Shown: piece by piece, positions 62,522 to 64,000 of the stretch
How the letters are laid out: each line of letters starts with the position of its first letter
Numbering within the stretch: the stretch's first letter is position 1
Assembly (NCBI RefSeq): GCF_006345805.1
Contig: NC_043012.1
Coordinates: forward strand, 2,418,001-2,482,000
Reading direction: 5' to 3'
DNA from: Octopus sinensis
Lineage: Eukaryota
DNA: 64,000 bases
Made by a program: the position numbers and the translations under genes
The notes under the pieces: generated by a model
Told to the model about the DNA's origin: nothing
Seen by the model: only the letters and a program-made list of their open reading frames with translations
The model's database searches: none

Positions 62522-63630
62522 CACACACACATACATATGCAGGTATAGCCTTGCGGTTAAGAAGTTTGTTTCTCAACCATGTGATTTTAGGTTCAGTCTT
62601 ACTGTATGGTACCTTGAGCAAGTGCCTTCTACTATTTTCTACTGTTTTCTTGTTTTGATATATCATGATAGTTGCAAACAAGAATCACAGCCACACAAGT
62701 GGTTTCCTTTGTCTGGCGATGGGGGTAATATTACCTTACTTGGAACAGCAAGAGCATCCCAGCCATAAACATTCTGCCTCAACCAATTCTCTATGACCCC
62801 ATGCAATGCTAAGAAAAGTAGACATTAAAAAAATGTGTGTGTATGTGTGTGTTGTAATGGTTTAGAGTTATTAAGTTCGTTATCTGTGGAGTGGTTAAAT
62901 TTTGGCCAAGATTAAAGCTTTCTCCTTGTGATAACTATTAATTTGTTTGTTTGTTGTATGAGACTGATTGATTTATAGTGAAAAAGATTTATTCACTCTT
63001 TGAATCAGAAGCATGTAGATAAACTGGTCATTGTCCTGGAAGTCAGCCAAGTTTATATGACCAACCTCTTCTTAGGAAATACCTTCATCTTGTTTTTTGT
63101 TTTTTTTTGTTTTTTTCCCCCCTTTTCCTTGGGTGGAATTAGATGAAAACACAATAACTATAATTGAACAGCATTTGATTTAGATGTACCAAAAGTACCA
63201 TTTTAGTTGGTTTTAATGAGATTAGTATTTTAGTCAACCAGTACTTAACTAAGAATACTCATGAAAATTAAATCTATAGAAATCTGGAAAAATGTTCTTA
63301 TATTGTATTGGTAATTCTATGTGCTAATTTATCTCATATTCAACAACACTTCCTTCTTTTGTGTTGTTCTCTTGCGAAAATAGAAGAAAATTAACCATTC
63401 TTTACCAGTTGTTTCCTTTATTGGATTTTAAATTTCATGGGGTGAAGTTTACAGATGACTATTGTTAAAACTAAGGTACTTAATTAACCTGGTGCTGATG
63501 GGCAATTAAAACAGGAAAAGTTTAGATCAGAGAATAATTACATAGGCTGTGGCTGTTGTTGTTGTTGTTTAACTCCAGGTTAATTTTGGTAGAGCAAACC
63601 TATGAGCAAAAGAATTTCAAATGTGACCAT

Positions 63631-63993
63631 AGGCGCAGGAGTGGCTGTGTGGTAAGTAGCTTCCGGGTTCATTCCCACTCTGTGGCACCTTGGGCAAGTG
63701 TCTTCTACTATAGCCTCGGGCCAACTAAAGCCTTGTGAGTGGATTTGGTAGACGGAAACTGAAAGAAGCCCGTTGTATATATGTATGTATGTGTTTGTCC
63801 CCCCAACATTGCTTGACAACCGATGCTGGTGCGTTTACGTCCCCGTAACTTAGCGGTTTGGCAAAAGAGACCGATAGAATAAGTACTAGGCTTACAAAGA
63901 ATAAGTCCTGGGGTCGATTTGCTTGACTAAAGGCAGTGCTCCAGCATGGCCACAGTCAAATGACTGGAACAAGTAAAAGTGAGTAAGAGAGAG
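63631..63993 (+). mobile_element. SINE family A with an internal deletion in the head
   Basis: Both halves present; the gcttaccaaccacatggt segment is missing. Confidence 0.88.
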
Positions 63994-64000
63994 TATCTCA

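Overview
AT-rich, repeat-dense eukaryotic DNA. The SINE families, RTE tails and compound microsatellites look like a cephalopod (Octopus-like) genome; this is an inference from repeat content. No intact host protein-coding gene could be identified. Nearly all ORFs in the supplied track come from microsatellites, SINEs or a 66-bp VNTR. The recognisable coding sequence is all decayed transposable element: an RTE APE endonuclease fragment (26.4 kb), RTE/RTE-X RT C-terminal pieces (13.1, 14.9, 47.5 kb), an RLE-type (CRE-like) non-LTR remnant (39.9-40.4 kb), a Ty3/Gypsy gag remnant split by a TTAA MITE (52.8-53.4 kb) and a mariner C-terminus. Non-autonomous elements include several tRNA-derived SINE families, TTAA-flanked piggyBac-like MITEs, four hAT MITEs with 8-bp TSDs and several hairpin elements. 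The most notable structures are a near-perfect array of 22 x 83-bp units (32.1-33.95 kb) and a sharply bounded ~7.5-kb CpG-retaining block (35.5-43 kb) between CpG-depleted, G>C-skewed flanks. Also notable are two long inverted-repeat elements at the left of that block and a degenerate minimal hammerhead ribozyme in a Penelope-like end (62.03 kb). Small exon candidates exist on both strands but are not distinguishable from chance without RNA data.
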